Part shown: positions 9,886-20,070 of the stretch, one piece after another
Layout: every line of letters begins with the position of its first letter
Position numbering within the stretch: position 1 is the first letter of the stretch
Assembly: GCA_963787205.1 (NCBI GenBank)
Contig: CAWBCD010000009.1
Coordinates: 67,524-131,523 of the forward strand
Origin: an uncultured bacterium
Lineage (GTDB): Bacteria > Bacteroidota > Rhodothermia > Balneolales > DATFMH01
Reading direction: 5' to 3'
DNA length: 64,000 bases
Notes under the pieces: generated by a model
What the model was told of the DNA's origin: nothing
Database searches by the model: none
Seen by the model: only the letters and a program-made list of their open reading frames with translations
Position numbers and translations under genes: made by a program

Positions 9886-11151
9886 ATGCAGGTTCGAAAA
9901 AAAAACACATACCAAAGCCTGATACAATCCGATCATAAAGAAACGGATGAATTTGGTGAAAATGGAGTTCCACTGCACCATTCGGTTACGACGGAAATAG
10001 ACAATGTGCCACTCATTCGGCCGGATGAAGACCCAATAGATTTTGGGTATCTCGACAGCCTGGCGCGGGAGGTGGTAAAGCCGATCATTGATAACTATTT
10101 CCGGGCGGAGCTTATCGGTGCGGAAAAAATACCCGATCGTGGTCCCTATATTCTGGCAACCAATCACAGTGGAAATGCTTTCCCGCACGACGCCATTATC
10201 CTTGACGGATTGATTTGGATTTCCAAAGGATTACGAGAGGATATGAAACTTCGATCAGTCTATTCCTCCAAATTATCTGCTACCTGGTGGATGCGTCCAT
10301 ACGGGATAGATGATTGGTGGCGGCGTTGTGGCGGTATAGATATGAAATTCAGGAACTATGATTATCTAATGCAGCACGGTGGCCGAGTGATTTACTATCC
10401 GGAGGGTATACCTGGTATCGGAAAAGGTTTTAACCGCAGATACCAGCTTCAGCATTTTTACTCGAGTTTTGTTGTGATGGCAACAAAACATCATGCTCCT
10501 GTTTATCCGGTGTATTCCATTAATTCGGAATGGGTTAATCCGACCAGTATCACTTTCAAATGGCTGGATTATCTTTCCGATCGATTCCTGAATATTCCCT
10601 TTTTGCCGATGCCTGCTGCCATTATTGCTCTGTTTTTTCCATTTTTCTTTTACCTGGCCTTTCCGGCAAATATGAAATTTATTGTTGGAGATCCAATCGA
10701 TGTCAGGAGCAGACTGACAGAGCTGGGTACCGATCCCGATCATCCGGATAAAGATGTCATTCAACAGCTGGCCGACCGCATTCGCCACGAAATGCAGGAA
10801 CAACTTGACCAAAATCTGGAGATATATGGCAAGAAACCTTATGACTACCCTGGTCTCCGGGCATCTTTTCAAAAGCTCGGATGGCGTACCTTCCGCTACA
10901 CACCTTTTGGATGGCCCTTTCTGTTTATAAAACATGCCAGAGATCAACATCGTGGTCCGGCTGGAAACCGGCTTGTTAAGTGGTTGCGTGACCTGGATAT
11001 TTGGGCCTACTTCATCCCGCTTGGATGGATCATTATTTCTCTGTGCCGACGATTACGCAAGCCGCCTTATGGGTATCGTGGCCTCAGTAAAAGAGAGCGA
11101 ATTAAAAGAGAAGGCAAATATCTCTGGATGCTTGATCAGCAACAGTTTTGA
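9886..11151 (+). CDS. Lysophospholipid/glycerolipid acyltransferase-family protein (PlsC-like), putative
   Basis: 'ILATNHSGNAFPHDA' and 'YPEGIPGIGKGF' blocks resemble LPLAT motifs I and III. It starts 11 nt after the kinase stop. The canonical HX4D is not exact. Confidence 0.5.
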   Translation: MQVRKKNTYQSLIQSDHKETDEFGENGVPLHHSVTTEIDNVPLIRPDEDPIDFGYLDSLAREVVKPIIDNYFRAELIGAEKIPDRGPYILATNHSGNAFPHDAIILDGLIWISKGLREDMKLRSVYSSKLSATWWMRPYGIDDWWRRCGGIDMKFRNYDYLMQHGGRVIYYPEGIPGIGKGFNRRYQLQHFYSSFVVMATKHHAPVYPVYSINSEWVNPTSITFKWLDYLSDRFLNIPFLPMPAAIIALFFPFFFYLAFPANMKFIVGDPIDVRSRLTELGTDPDHPDKDVIQQLADRIRHEMQEQLDQNLEIYGKKPYDYPGLRASFQKLGWRTFRYTPFGWPFLFIKHARDQHRGPAGNRLVKWLRDLDIWAYFIPLGWIIISLCRRLRKPPYGYRGLSKRERIKREGKYLWMLDQQQF

Positions 11152-11154
11152 TAA

Positions 11155-11529
11155 TTATTGACTGTCGGCAGGGGTTAATTTAATTATGATGGATTGTGAA
11201 TCGGGACCAGCTTTTATCGTTTTGTCATATTCCCGATAACCATCTGCCGTTACCTTAACCATATAGGTCCCTTTATTAAGATTATCCAATTCGAAGGTCC
11301 CGCTTGAATTGGTCTGAACAGATATATCCTGATTTTGAATCGCAACCGTGGCATTGGTTACCGGTTTATTGGTGGAAAAATCGACTACAGTTCCTGTTAT
11401 TGTGCATGCGGAATCAGAGCTGATTACCCGGTATCCAGATGGTGCCTCTGCATAAACAGACACAATACTCATACTACCCATCAAAAATAATAAGAAAATA
11501 GAAAACAATGAGATGGATAAACGTTTCAT
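11155..11529 (-). CDS. Small secreted carboxypeptidase-regulatory-like (CarboxypepD_reg) domain protein
   Basis: A signal peptide 'MKRLSISLFSIFLLFLMGS...' is followed by 'ITGTVVDFSTNKPVTNATVAI...TNSSGTFELDNLNKGTYMVKVTADGY'. Confidence 0.65.
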   Translation of the reverse strand: MKRLSISLFSIFLLFLMGSMSIVSVYAEAPSGYRVISSDSACTITGTVVDFSTNKPVTNATVAIQNQDISVQTNSSGTFELDNLNKGTYMVKVTADGYREYDKTIKAGPDSQSIIIKLTPADSQ

Positions 11530-11733
11530 TGCAGGGCCTCCATTTATAGTCATGTTTACTTGTACCACTTGTTTTTTTAAAAAGATAAAAAAGTAAACAA
11601 CCCAGGAACGGAATTTTGGAATGACATAGATTGATTGCATGATATTTTAAAATGGTCACATATTGTAAATAAAAAAAAAGGCACTGGAAATCAATCCGCG
11701 TGCCCCTTGGTGTGATTGGCTATTTGATAAAGA

Positions 11734-11859
11734 TCATAAGATTATTGGTTCATCTATGATATTTTGATTAGGTGAAGTTGCGAAAGTGGATTGTGGATTT
11801 ACACTGCTAATCAAAGCAACAGCGAACAGGGCTGGAAGAAATATGGATAAGCGTTTCAT
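11734..11859 (-). CDS. Candidate 41-aa secreted peptide (not in the ORF track)
   Basis: My own translation gives MKRLSIFLPALFAVALISSVNPQSTFATSPNQNIIDEPIIL*. It is preceded by GAGAGGTGAtttatt-ATG and shares the MKRLSI N-terminus with the neighbouring gene. Confidence 0.3.
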   Translation of the reverse strand: MKRLSIFLPALFAVALISSVNPQSTFATSPNQNIIDEPIIL

Positions 11860-12166
11860 AATAAATCACCTCTCGTTTTAAATTGACTATTTCTTCAATG
11901 CACTCATTAATCTAAAGGCACAGACCATGCCTGTACATAAATAAGTGGCAAAGAGTTGTATGTTGTTGCGTGTTAACTATATGTGTGGCAAAGGGTTGAA
12001 AGGTGATAAATGCCGGGCGGTTGATAATTGCAATTTCACTCCATCAGGCGGGCAGACTATGGCCATGAAGGTCATATAATTATTTCTTAAGCCCGCTCTG
12101 GCGATGTATTTTAGGGACCCCAGATGCAGGAGATAATTGAGAAATGTTAAATGAAAACGGAATAGA

Positions 12167-13414
12167 TTAATCTGAATCGACGACCTTCCTGTGCCCATTG
12201 TTAAGTGGAAGCGGTGCTTGCAGGTCTTTCAGCAAATCATCCAGATTTGATAGAACCTCATTGGTTCTTTTGAAGGCTGTCTTGATTGAGCTTCCGTTCC
12301 TGCCCGTTTCGGGTTCATAAAGCGTCCTGCCGGGGGTGGTCAAAACATCACGATTAATAGTGATCTGATATTTTGATAAAATCTGTGAGAGTTCTCTGTA
12401 GTGTGTGAGAAGTTGTCGTCTTGTAGATTGATATCCATACTCACAGACTTCTTTTCTATTCTGAAAGCTAAAAATATTTGTAAAGAAGAGACGTGTGTCG
12501 GTTACCGAGGGCTCTATAACGATGAAATCGGCATCGGGATAGCGGTATTCATAATTTTTGAATCCGGTGAGCATGCGTGAGTGAATCATGGTACGGAATG
12601 TTTGAGAAAGCACCGCCGTCAGGCCCTGCTCTCTTATATCGTGCGAATCCGATCGATTTTCGATCGATTTGGTATCGACGGGGACTATGGGGTTGATGCA
12701 GAAAACAAGTTGTGCGCCTTTCTCCAGGGCCACACTGGCATGGACGGTCCGACGCGCCACACCGTCGATATAATAATTTCCATTGATATTGACGGGAGTG
12801 TATAAAACAGGTAAAGCCGTACTTGCCTGTACAGCTTTTGAGATTGGGATATCATCGAAAGGAGGTTCCCCGAAGTGAACAACTTCACTGCTTTCGAGGT
12901 CTGTGGCTATGATCCGAAGATCTTTTTTTAATCGATGAAAGTCATCTGTTCGGCCTTCGGTACTGAAATTGCGTTCCAGATATTCCCGAAGATGATCATT
13001 ACTGAAAATTCCAACGGGTAAAAGCGATGTCAGCGGATATAATGCACCCTCCAGTGTTAGATCGAGTGGATGAGTTACATAATTCCAGACTGCTTCGGAA
13101 ACAAGTTTAGGCAGCCGTTCAAAGCGTTCCCAATACTCAGTAAGTGCGGGTTTAAAAAATGTTTCCGGCGTTACCTGCATCACTTTGGACGATTTTGATA
13201 TGAATCCGCGTGCCAGGGTGGCAGGAGTTATGTTGTTTGCAAGACAGGCTGTAATGAAAGCACCGGCACTCACACCAACATAAATATCCAGATCATCAAA
13301 GTGGATGCCATCGAGCGATTCTTCAAGGGCGTTGAGTACACCGACCTCATAGGCAGCACCTTCGATTGCACCACCTGCACAGGCCAGTCCGATTTTGGTT
13401 TTTTGTTGGCTCAT
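12167..13414 (-). CDS. Patatin-like phospholipase family protein
   Basis: It has 'GLACAGGAIEGAAYEVGVL' (the oxyanion G-x-G-x-x-G), 'GVSAGAF' (G-x-S-x-G) and a distal 'DGG/DG' Asp region. Confidence 0.85.
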   Translation of the reverse strand: MSQQKTKIGLACAGGAIEGAAYEVGVLNALEESLDGIHFDDLDIYVGVSAGAFITACLANNITPATLARGFISKSSKVMQVTPETFFKPALTEYWERFERLPKLVSEAVWNYVTHPLDLTLEGALYPLTSLLPVGIFSNDHLREYLERNFSTEGRTDDFHRLKKDLRIIATDLESSEVVHFGEPPFDDIPISKAVQASTALPVLYTPVNINGNYYIDGVARRTVHASVALEKGAQLVFCINPIVPVDTKSIENRSDSHDIREQGLTAVLSQTFRTMIHSRMLTGFKNYEYRYPDADFIVIEPSVTDTRLFFTNIFSFQNRKEVCEYGYQSTRRQLLTHYRELSQILSKYQITINRDVLTTPGRTLYEPETGRNGSSIKTAFKRTNEVLSNLDDLLKDLQAPLPLNNGHRKVVDSD

Positions 13415-13501
13415 ATAGTCAATTAAAGAATATTAGGAAGCGCTTCCATTGAAATATAAACAATCTTCTGATCAGGTTTATTTTGACTGGATGTGAAGTT
13501 A

Positions 13502-14563
13502 TTAATGGACAGTGATTAACGGTTGGTTAGTATCTCTTCCAACAAGATGGCCAATCGGACGGAGGCACTCATCGGGTATGTGTTCTTCGTCATGAAGAAT
13601 CTGCAGCATTGCCGTCTCAGTGGCTTCATCGACAGCCACAAGAAGTCCACCACTGGTCTGGGGATCGCAGAGAAGGCGCCGCTGATATTCGGAGAGGTTA
13701 CCGATTTTATATCCATAGCTGTCCCAGTTCCGATTGGTTCCACCGGGTATGCAGTCCTGTTCAACGTAATAATCGATGTGGGGTAACAGGGGGATGTTAC
13801 CCATCATAAGTTCCGCACTAAGTCTGCTGCCTTCGCACATCTCACCCAGATGCCCAAGAAGGCCGAATCCGGTGACATCGGTAATAGCACAAACGCCCGG
13901 TAACTTTGAAAGCGCCTGCCCTGCCCGGTTAAGGTGCACCATGTTATCCCGGGCGATGTCTTTATGTTCTGCTTTGAGTTTCCCTTGTTTTTGTGCTGTA
14001 CTCAGGATGCCAACTCCCAAAGGCTTGGTCAGATATAGTTTATTACCAGCTTTTGCCGTGTTGTTACGTTTCAGGCGGTCGCGGGTTACCATCCCTGTTA
14101 CGGCAAGTCCGAAAATCGGTTCAGGGCTGTCAATACTGTGCCCTCCAGCTAAAGGGATACCGGCTTCTGTACAAATGGAACGGCCTCCTTCAACAACCTC
14201 TCTGGCATAATCCGGGGTGATTTTTGAGATGGGCCAACCCAGAATGGAGATGGCCATTAGAGGATCTCCCCCCATGGCATAGATGTCACTTATAGAGTTG
14301 GCAGCCGCAATTCGGCCAAAATCAAACGGATCATCCACGATTGGCATAAAGAAATCAGTAGTACTTATAACTGCCTGATCCTGCCCGATCTCAAAAACGG
14401 CAGCATCATCGCGGGAATCATTACCAACCCACAGCTTATCAAGTGGTCGTGTCGACTGTGATGTCTCCAGAATCTGTTCGAGAACCTTGGGGGATATTTT
14501 ACAGCCACAGCCTGCACCATGACTGTATTGTGTTAATTTGATGGGCTCAATATTAATGTTCAT
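13502..14563 (-). CDS. selD: Selenide, water dikinase (Cys-type)
   Basis: It is near-colinear with E. coli SelD: '[23 protein letters not shown]', '[20 protein letters not shown]', '[10 protein letters not shown]'. Confidence 0.95.
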   Translation of the reverse strand: MNINIEPIKLTQYSHGAGCGCKISPKVLEQILETSQSTRPLDKLWVGNDSRDDAAVFEIGQDQAVISTTDFFMPIVDDPFDFGRIAAANSISDIYAMGGDPLMAISILGWPISKITPDYAREVVEGGRSICTEAGIPLAGGHSIDSPEPIFGLAVTGMVTRDRLKRNNTAKAGNKLYLTKPLGVGILSTAQKQGKLKAEHKDIARDNMVHLNRAGQALSKLPGVCAITDVTGFGLLGHLGEMCEGSRLSAELMMGNIPLLPHIDYYVEQDCIPGGTNRNWDSYGYKIGNLSEYQRRLLCDPQTSGGLLVAVDEATETAMLQILHDEEHIPDECLRPIGHLVGRDTNQPLITVH

Positions 14564-15602
14564 GGGGTGTCAGGATATTTTTTAATGCAAATTCGCGTAT
14601 CGAACGAGCCTGTTGTTTCCAATCGTTCCCATTCAGAGGTATTGAAAAAACATTGTCGGAATCTCTTTTGGCTATTCCGTAGCGATAGGTTTTGTCGTAA
14701 TAATGAAGAGTCAGGTCGGCAACTTGTCCAAATTCCTCGTTTTCGATGGCCTCGAGTACCTGCCTGGTCCGCAACCCACCTAACCGCCGTTCGATCTTTT
14801 TAACGCAGTTCGCAAGCTGTTCTTTTGGGTAAACAGAATATTCACTGACCAGGTGCTCAATTCGCCGTTGATAATCAACCTCAACTTTTACAACCGGTGC
14901 CTGACGAATTTGCTCATATATTTTATCTGGCAGGATAATCTTGCCGATGCGGCTGCTCTCATCCTCGAGCCATACAGGACGTTCGGGATCGAGGCCGCTC
15001 CAGAGTATTGCCAGGGTATTTTCATATTGCTCATTCGTGGGCTGCTCCTCTTCACCGAGACTGCCGAATGCTGAACCCTTATGATTAGCCAGTCCTTCAA
15101 GATCGATAACCTGTTCCCCAAGTCCGGCCAGTTCTTTAAGGATATATGTCTTTCCGCTCCCTGTCATCCCTCCCAGAACAATGACAGGTCGGGACATTGT
15201 AAGTATTTGGAGAGACCAGTTGCGGAAACGCTTATATCCTCCTTCAAGCACCGAAACGTTGAATCCTGAAAACCGAAGTAACCATGACAGGCTCTCGCTT
15301 CGCATTCCACCACGCCAGCAATGGACAAGAACATTCCGTTGAGGGGCCTTCTTTTCTGCAGTTTCCACAAGATCCCGCATTTTAGGACCTATCAGTTCGA
15401 GGCCGCGTTTTATTGCGATATCCCGACCTTTTTTCTTGTAAAGAGTGCCAATCTCCTTGCGTTCATCATTGCTGAATAAAGGTAGATTGATTGCCTGAGG
15501 TATATGCCCTTGCTCAAATTCCGCCGGTGTTCGTACATCCAGTACGGGATACTGTTCTGCCTGTTGGATAAACTGTTTGATCGGAAGAATGTTATCGGAC
15601 AT
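14553..15602 (-). CDS. selU: tRNA 2-selenouridine synthase
   Basis: It has an N-terminal rhodanese domain with '[10 protein letters not shown]' and a P-loop 'GGMTGSGKT'. It overlaps the selD start by 11 nt. Confidence 0.9.
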   Translation of the reverse strand: MSDNILPIKQFIQQAEQYPVLDVRTPAEFEQGHIPQAINLPLFSNDERKEIGTLYKKKGRDIAIKRGLELIGPKMRDLVETAEKKAPQRNVLVHCWRGGMRSESLSWLLRFSGFNVSVLEGGYKRFRNWSLQILTMSRPVIVLGGMTGSGKTYILKELAGLGEQVIDLEGLANHKGSAFGSLGEEEQPTNEQYENTLAILWSGLDPERPVWLEDESSRIGKIILPDKIYEQIRQAPVVKVEVDYQRRIEHLVSEYSVYPKEQLANCVKKIERRLGGLRTRQVLEAIENEEFGQVADLTLHYYDKTYRYGIAKRDSDNVFSIPLNGNDWKQQARSIREFALKNILTPHEH

Positions 15603-15617
15603 AGAAGGTTACCCGAG

Positions 15618-16694
15618 TCAGTTTACCATGGATAAATTATAAGCATAGGGATAATTCCATTTCAGATCAACGTATACCGGTAGATGGTCGCTCGCAGTTC
15701 CTGCTTTGATAAATCCATAATCCAGGATTGGATATTTATCATTAACAAACAGATAGTCGAGTCTTCGATCCGGTGACTGGGATGGGAAAGTAAAATACTT
15801 GCTTTCATCTTTATAATAATCGGTCAATGGCACCATCTCACGGAATCCTGGAATACTCATCAGAATATTTAAGGAAGTATCTCCATTATAATCATCACTG
15901 CTGCCGTCAGCAAAATGACTCTTTCTTTTCGCGTTGTACGGAACCGTGTTTAAGTCACCACCGAAAACGGCAACTGGTTGCTGATCATTATTACCAGTTA
16001 CCAGATCCTTTAGCTGATATGCCTGCTGGATGCGATTATCAATATCATATGCTTCCAGATGATTATTAATGAATGTGATCTCCGAACCCCGAATCTCAAC
16101 CCGCACAACCTGACTGAAGCGGAATAAGTAAAACATATTGTACCAGAATGGGTTACTTGATGGCTTAGGCAGACGTACTACCTTATTCGATTCGATTGGG
16201 TACCGGCTGAGTACAGCCCCGCCTGAATTAATTTCACCGAATTGATCCTGCGGTGGCCAGTATGGGAAAGGTACGTAATTGACCTTCCATATAGTTGCAG
16301 GCGCTGCATATTCAAGCCCAGTCATATGGGCTAGTTGAGCCAGCTGATTGATATGATGGCTACGGGATGCATCAAAGTCCACTTCCTGTAAAAAAACGAT
16401 ATCCGGATTGTACTTCCGAATCACGGAGGCTATTTGTTGTAAATGTTCCTCCATCGTTTTGAAAGAGATCGGATGGTAGTTGCTATTGTCGGAATTTGGT
16501 CCATATGCATAGGCAATATTCCAACTCATGACACGAAGTTTATTCGAGTAGGCACTGTCCGGTTTCTGTGTTGCGTTGAAACGGGTAATATTACCCGGAT
16601 AAACACCGGCGCTCTGATAACCACCGGCTGCCCAGTATATCGCTCCGATAATCGCGATGATTATCAGTCCTACAAAAAAAAGAAATTTCTTCAT
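15618..16694 (-). CDS. Endonuclease/exonuclease/phosphatase (EEP) family protein, N-terminal membrane anchor
   Basis: It has 'VMSWNIAY', 'IVFLQEVDF', 'GGDLNT' and a C-terminal 'SDHLPV' typical of the EEP fold. Confidence 0.75.
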   Translation of the reverse strand: MKKFLFFVGLIIIAIIGAIYWAAGGYQSAGVYPGNITRFNATQKPDSAYSNKLRVMSWNIAYAYGPNSDNSNYHPISFKTMEEHLQQIASVIRKYNPDIVFLQEVDFDASRSHHINQLAQLAHMTGLEYAAPATIWKVNYVPFPYWPPQDQFGEINSGGAVLSRYPIESNKVVRLPKPSSNPFWYNMFYLFRFSQVVRVEIRGSEITFINNHLEAYDIDNRIQQAYQLKDLVTGNNDQQPVAVFGGDLNTVPYNAKRKSHFADGSSDDYNGDTSLNILMSIPGFREMVPLTDYYKDESKYFTFPSQSPDRRLDYLFVNDKYPILDYGFIKAGTASDHLPVYVDLKWNYPYAYNLSMVN

Positions 16695-17303
16695 ATAGCA
16701 CGGTTGCGAGCAAACATTTAAAAAGTGGTCTCCAAGTGATCGTAAACTTTTATAATCGGCGACATCGACTATTCACATACGTATGATCCGGATTACATCG
16801 TGTGTAACACATGAATAATCTTGGCTCACAAAGTAATAAAATTTAGGAAACTGCTGCGAAAGGTTTTTTTAAAAGATGAATCGGATTGGGGACCTGTTAT
16901 GCCCTGTTCATGTTAGATAAAATTCGATTGATAAAAGCGGAGTAAGCTGATTTATAAGTCCATTTCCAAAGAGTGAAACAAACATTAATCTTACTCAATA
17001 TTAATGAATTCAGTTAGAGACATTATATTATTTATGCGATATTTAACATTAATGGTGATCATACCTGCTATCAGGAGGATTTCGCATGTCACATCATTCT
17101 TTTTAAAGATTAGGATTTTTTAAAAAAGATCCGATTTGGCGTGGAGGACAAAAAAAACACGCATAAATAATGTGGTATATCTGCGATCGATCGGTTTTGA
17201 GAAGTGAGATTGCTTGCAGGCAAAGCAGGGTCCATGGTAAAGGTTGTACAACGCGATCTGTGAAAGCCCATGTAACTATCTATCAATCTAAAAGGATATA
17301 AAA

Positions 17304-18380
17304 ATGAAGAGAGTCTTAATTACAACTGGAATTGTCTTAATTGTAGCATCTGTAGGTTATGCTCAGGCGTTGGTTAAAGAGACGAAGGACGTTGTTTACT
17401 TCAAAGGTTTGGGGAACTATGAAGTATCACGTATAGTGAATATGACCGATAACGAAAAGAACGAATTTGAGAAAACCCATTTCAAAGGAGAGGGGCTTAT
17501 CAAGGGGGCCATAGCCAAAATGGTTTTAAAATCGCGAGAGCAGCGTGAAATCCTGCAGATCAAGGAAAACAAGCGTTTTGAAATCGACCCGGGGAAAAAA
17601 GAATACCAGGTTTTCCCTCTTATCAGCAAAGACACAGCAACTACACCGGCAATGGCTGAGGATAATGGGGCCGGCGAAACCGATGCTGAAGAGGCTGAGC
17701 CTCAAAACAATCAGGAGCAGGAAAGCGATGTTGAAGTAGTTCGCAGCGAGTTTACCGTAACCCCAACCGATGAATATAAAGACATCAACGGATTCAGATG
17801 CCGGAAGTATAACATGCTATGGCTTACCGAATTGCGCAATAAAAAAACGGATGAACGAACGACTGACAGCCTTTTTACGGAGATCTGGACAACTCCCAAG
17901 ACCAATGCCATTGCGCAGGGCGAGGGAATAGAAAATGAATTTAATAAAAACTATCTCGGGGGTATGGGGATAGATGCCGCTGCAACGCGTGAGATGATCC
18001 TTGGCACTTCATGGGTAAACCTGTTCCAGAAGACGGGTCAGCAGGATAATATGGAAAAACCGAACGCTTCAAACCAGGATGCTATCAACGAGATGAATAA
18101 AATTGAGGGGAGCCCAATACTTATCGATGGTAAATTTTTTGTTCTGCCAGATAATAAAAACGAGCAGAACGATGGAGAAAAAGAAGAAAAGAAAGATAAT
18201 GGGCTTAATGTAAAGAAAAGATTTGGTGGATTTCTACGACGTACCGTCGAGAAAAAGAAAGAAAAACCCAAGGGACCGCAGCCTGCAATCACTTATCATA
18301 CAGAGGTTGTTCAATGGGAGGTGACATCAGTTCAGACAGATTGGTTTACGGTGCCCTCTGATTACAAGCTTAAAAAGTAA
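17304..18380 (+). CDS. Hypothetical secreted protein with acidic/lysine-rich low-complexity segments
   Basis: It has a signal peptide 'MKRVLITTGIVLIVASVGYAQ' and a long clean ORF. I recognised no family. Confidence 0.5.
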   Translation: MKRVLITTGIVLIVASVGYAQALVKETKDVVYFKGLGNYEVSRIVNMTDNEKNEFEKTHFKGEGLIKGAIAKMVLKSREQREILQIKENKRFEIDPGKKEYQVFPLISKDTATTPAMAEDNGAGETDAEEAEPQNNQEQESDVEVVRSEFTVTPTDEYKDINGFRCRKYNMLWLTELRNKKTDERTTDSLFTEIWTTPKTNAIAQGEGIENEFNKNYLGGMGIDAAATREMILGTSWVNLFQKTGQQDNMEKPNASNQDAINEMNKIEGSPILIDGKFFVLPDNKNEQNDGEKEEKKDNGLNVKKRFGGFLRRTVEKKKEKPKGPQPAITYHTEVVQWEVTSVQTDWFTVPSDYKLKK

Positions 18381-18392
18381 GATATCGGAATT

Positions 18393-19799
18393 TCAGAAAT
18401 ACCTGAGTAACAGCTTAACTGTCAGATCTGCGATTTTCCCATAAGGCGGGTAAACCAATTTAAGCGGATTGAAACGGCCTTGCATTACAACCGAGCGCTC
18501 GTTTGAGAATGCGCGGAATCCGTAGAAACCATGGGTTTTGCCAAAACCGCTCTGGTTGACCCCGCCAAACGGGAGATGATTCTGGTTGAATTGTACCACT
18601 ACGTTGTTGATGCAACTGCTTCCAGCTCGTGTATGTAGATTTATTTTCTGCACATTGCCGCGGTTTCTGGTAAAAAGATACAGGGCAAGCGGATTGGGAT
18701 TCCTATCAATACATGCGATGGCTTCGTCCAGTTTGTTATAACGAATGACCGGAAGAAGAGGGCCGAAGATTTCCTCCTGCATAACCGGTGAATCATCTGT
18801 GATATTTCGAAGTACTGTTGGTTCGATGTAGTGAGTCGCGGGATCATAGTTTCCTCCAAAGAAAACCTCTGCGCCCTGATTTTGGGACTCCTCCAGAAGA
18901 TTGATCAGGCGCCGGGTGTGCCTGTCGTCGATCAGCCGGGCGAAGTCAGGATTTTTGAGTCGCTGTTCCGGTGATTTTCCATAACGATTTTCAATTTCCC
19001 TACCCAGAAGCGACAGAAACTCCATTTCCTTTTCTTCCTGTATTAAAACGTAATCCGGGGCTACGCATGTTTGTCCCGCATTCATAAATTTTCCCCAACA
19101 TATTTTTTGAGCAGCGCCGGCCAGGTTTGCGGTCTCATCGATGATCACAGGTGACTTTCCGCCAAGTTCCAGGGTGACGCTCGTCAGGTGATGCGAGGCG
19201 GCCTCCATCACCCTTTTCCCCACAGCAGGAGACCCGGTGAAGAAAACATGATCGAAAGGTAATTTCAGCAGTGACTGAGCGACCTGTTTATCTCCTTCAA
19301 TGACAGTAACCTCATCTTCATCAAAACACTCGTGAACCAGTTTTGAAATAAATCGTGACGTGCTCGGTGAAAACTCCGATGGTTTCAATACTATACAGTT
19401 GCCGGCGGCGACAGCAGATACAAGCGGTCCGATTGCCAGGTTGAACGGGAAGTTCCAGGGAGAAATAATAAGACACACGCCACGTGGTTCGTACTGGATG
19501 TATGAACGGCTGCCGGAGAAAGGAACGGGATTTTTGACCCGTTGCTTGTGCATCCAAATACCCAGATTGTCTAGCACATGCCGTATTTCACTGGTGACTA
19601 CAAAAATTTCTGACAGGTCGACTTCGGCCGGAGGTTTACGGAAATCCTGCCAGACCGCCTCGTGAATTTCTTCGCGGTGAGCCAGGATGTACGATAAAAG
19701 CCGCTTCAGTTTGGCTGCTCTCTTACTTCTGCTGCACGATGCGACCTGGTTCTTCCTGTTTTTCAACCGATCGAAAATATCCTGAAACTGGTTTTTCAT
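18393..19799 (-). CDS. Aldehyde dehydrogenase family protein (class-3-like)
   Basis: It has 'FTGSPAVGKRVM', 'ELGGKSP', 'NAGQTCVAPDY' and 'EEIFGPLLPV'. The start choice (19799 or 19832) is uncertain. Confidence 0.88.
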   Translation of the reverse strand: MKNQFQDIFDRLKNRKNQVASCSRSKRAAKLKRLLSYILAHREEIHEAVWQDFRKPPAEVDLSEIFVVTSEIRHVLDNLGIWMHKQRVKNPVPFSGSRSYIQYEPRGVCLIISPWNFPFNLAIGPLVSAVAAGNCIVLKPSEFSPSTSRFISKLVHECFDEDEVTVIEGDKQVAQSLLKLPFDHVFFTGSPAVGKRVMEAASHHLTSVTLELGGKSPVIIDETANLAGAAQKICWGKFMNAGQTCVAPDYVLIQEEKEMEFLSLLGREIENRYGKSPEQRLKNPDFARLIDDRHTRRLINLLEESQNQGAEVFFGGNYDPATHYIEPTVLRNITDDSPVMQEEIFGPLLPVIRYNKLDEAIACIDRNPNPLALYLFTRNRGNVQKINLHTRAGSSCINNVVVQFNQNHLPFGGVNQSGFGKTHGFYGFRAFSNERSVVMQGRFNPLKLVYPPYGKIADLTVKLLLRYF

Positions 19800-20070
19800 G
19801 ATCTGATCGCTCCAATATTGCCGGTATTCCATTGAAAGGCTGTTACCCCGGTAATATATCGGAAGAGAAGTTATCAATCCTGCTTACTTCTGTCATGAAA
19901 TGCTCTTTTTGCATATGTTATCATCATATGGCACGCTCATTCTTTCCACATTATAAGCCATGAAAGAGAAGGGGTTATCCGGCATACCCAATTCATGCGA
20001 TATCGATACTCAGAGGATTAACAGCCCGTTGTAAAGGATATACATCATCACAAGTAATCAGGATTTTATT

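Noticed and set aside
10366-10950. 194-aa minus-strand ORF
   Set aside because: It is antisense to the acyltransferase gene, has no motif, and the sense ORF is much longer and coupled to the upstream kinase gene.
11977-12198. 73-aa minus-strand ORF
   Set aside because: It overlaps the 3' end of the patatin gene, runs into an intergenic region, and has no signal, motif or plausible start context.
13776-14210. 144-aa plus-strand ORF
   Set aside because: It is antisense to selD, which is near-colinear with E. coli SelD.
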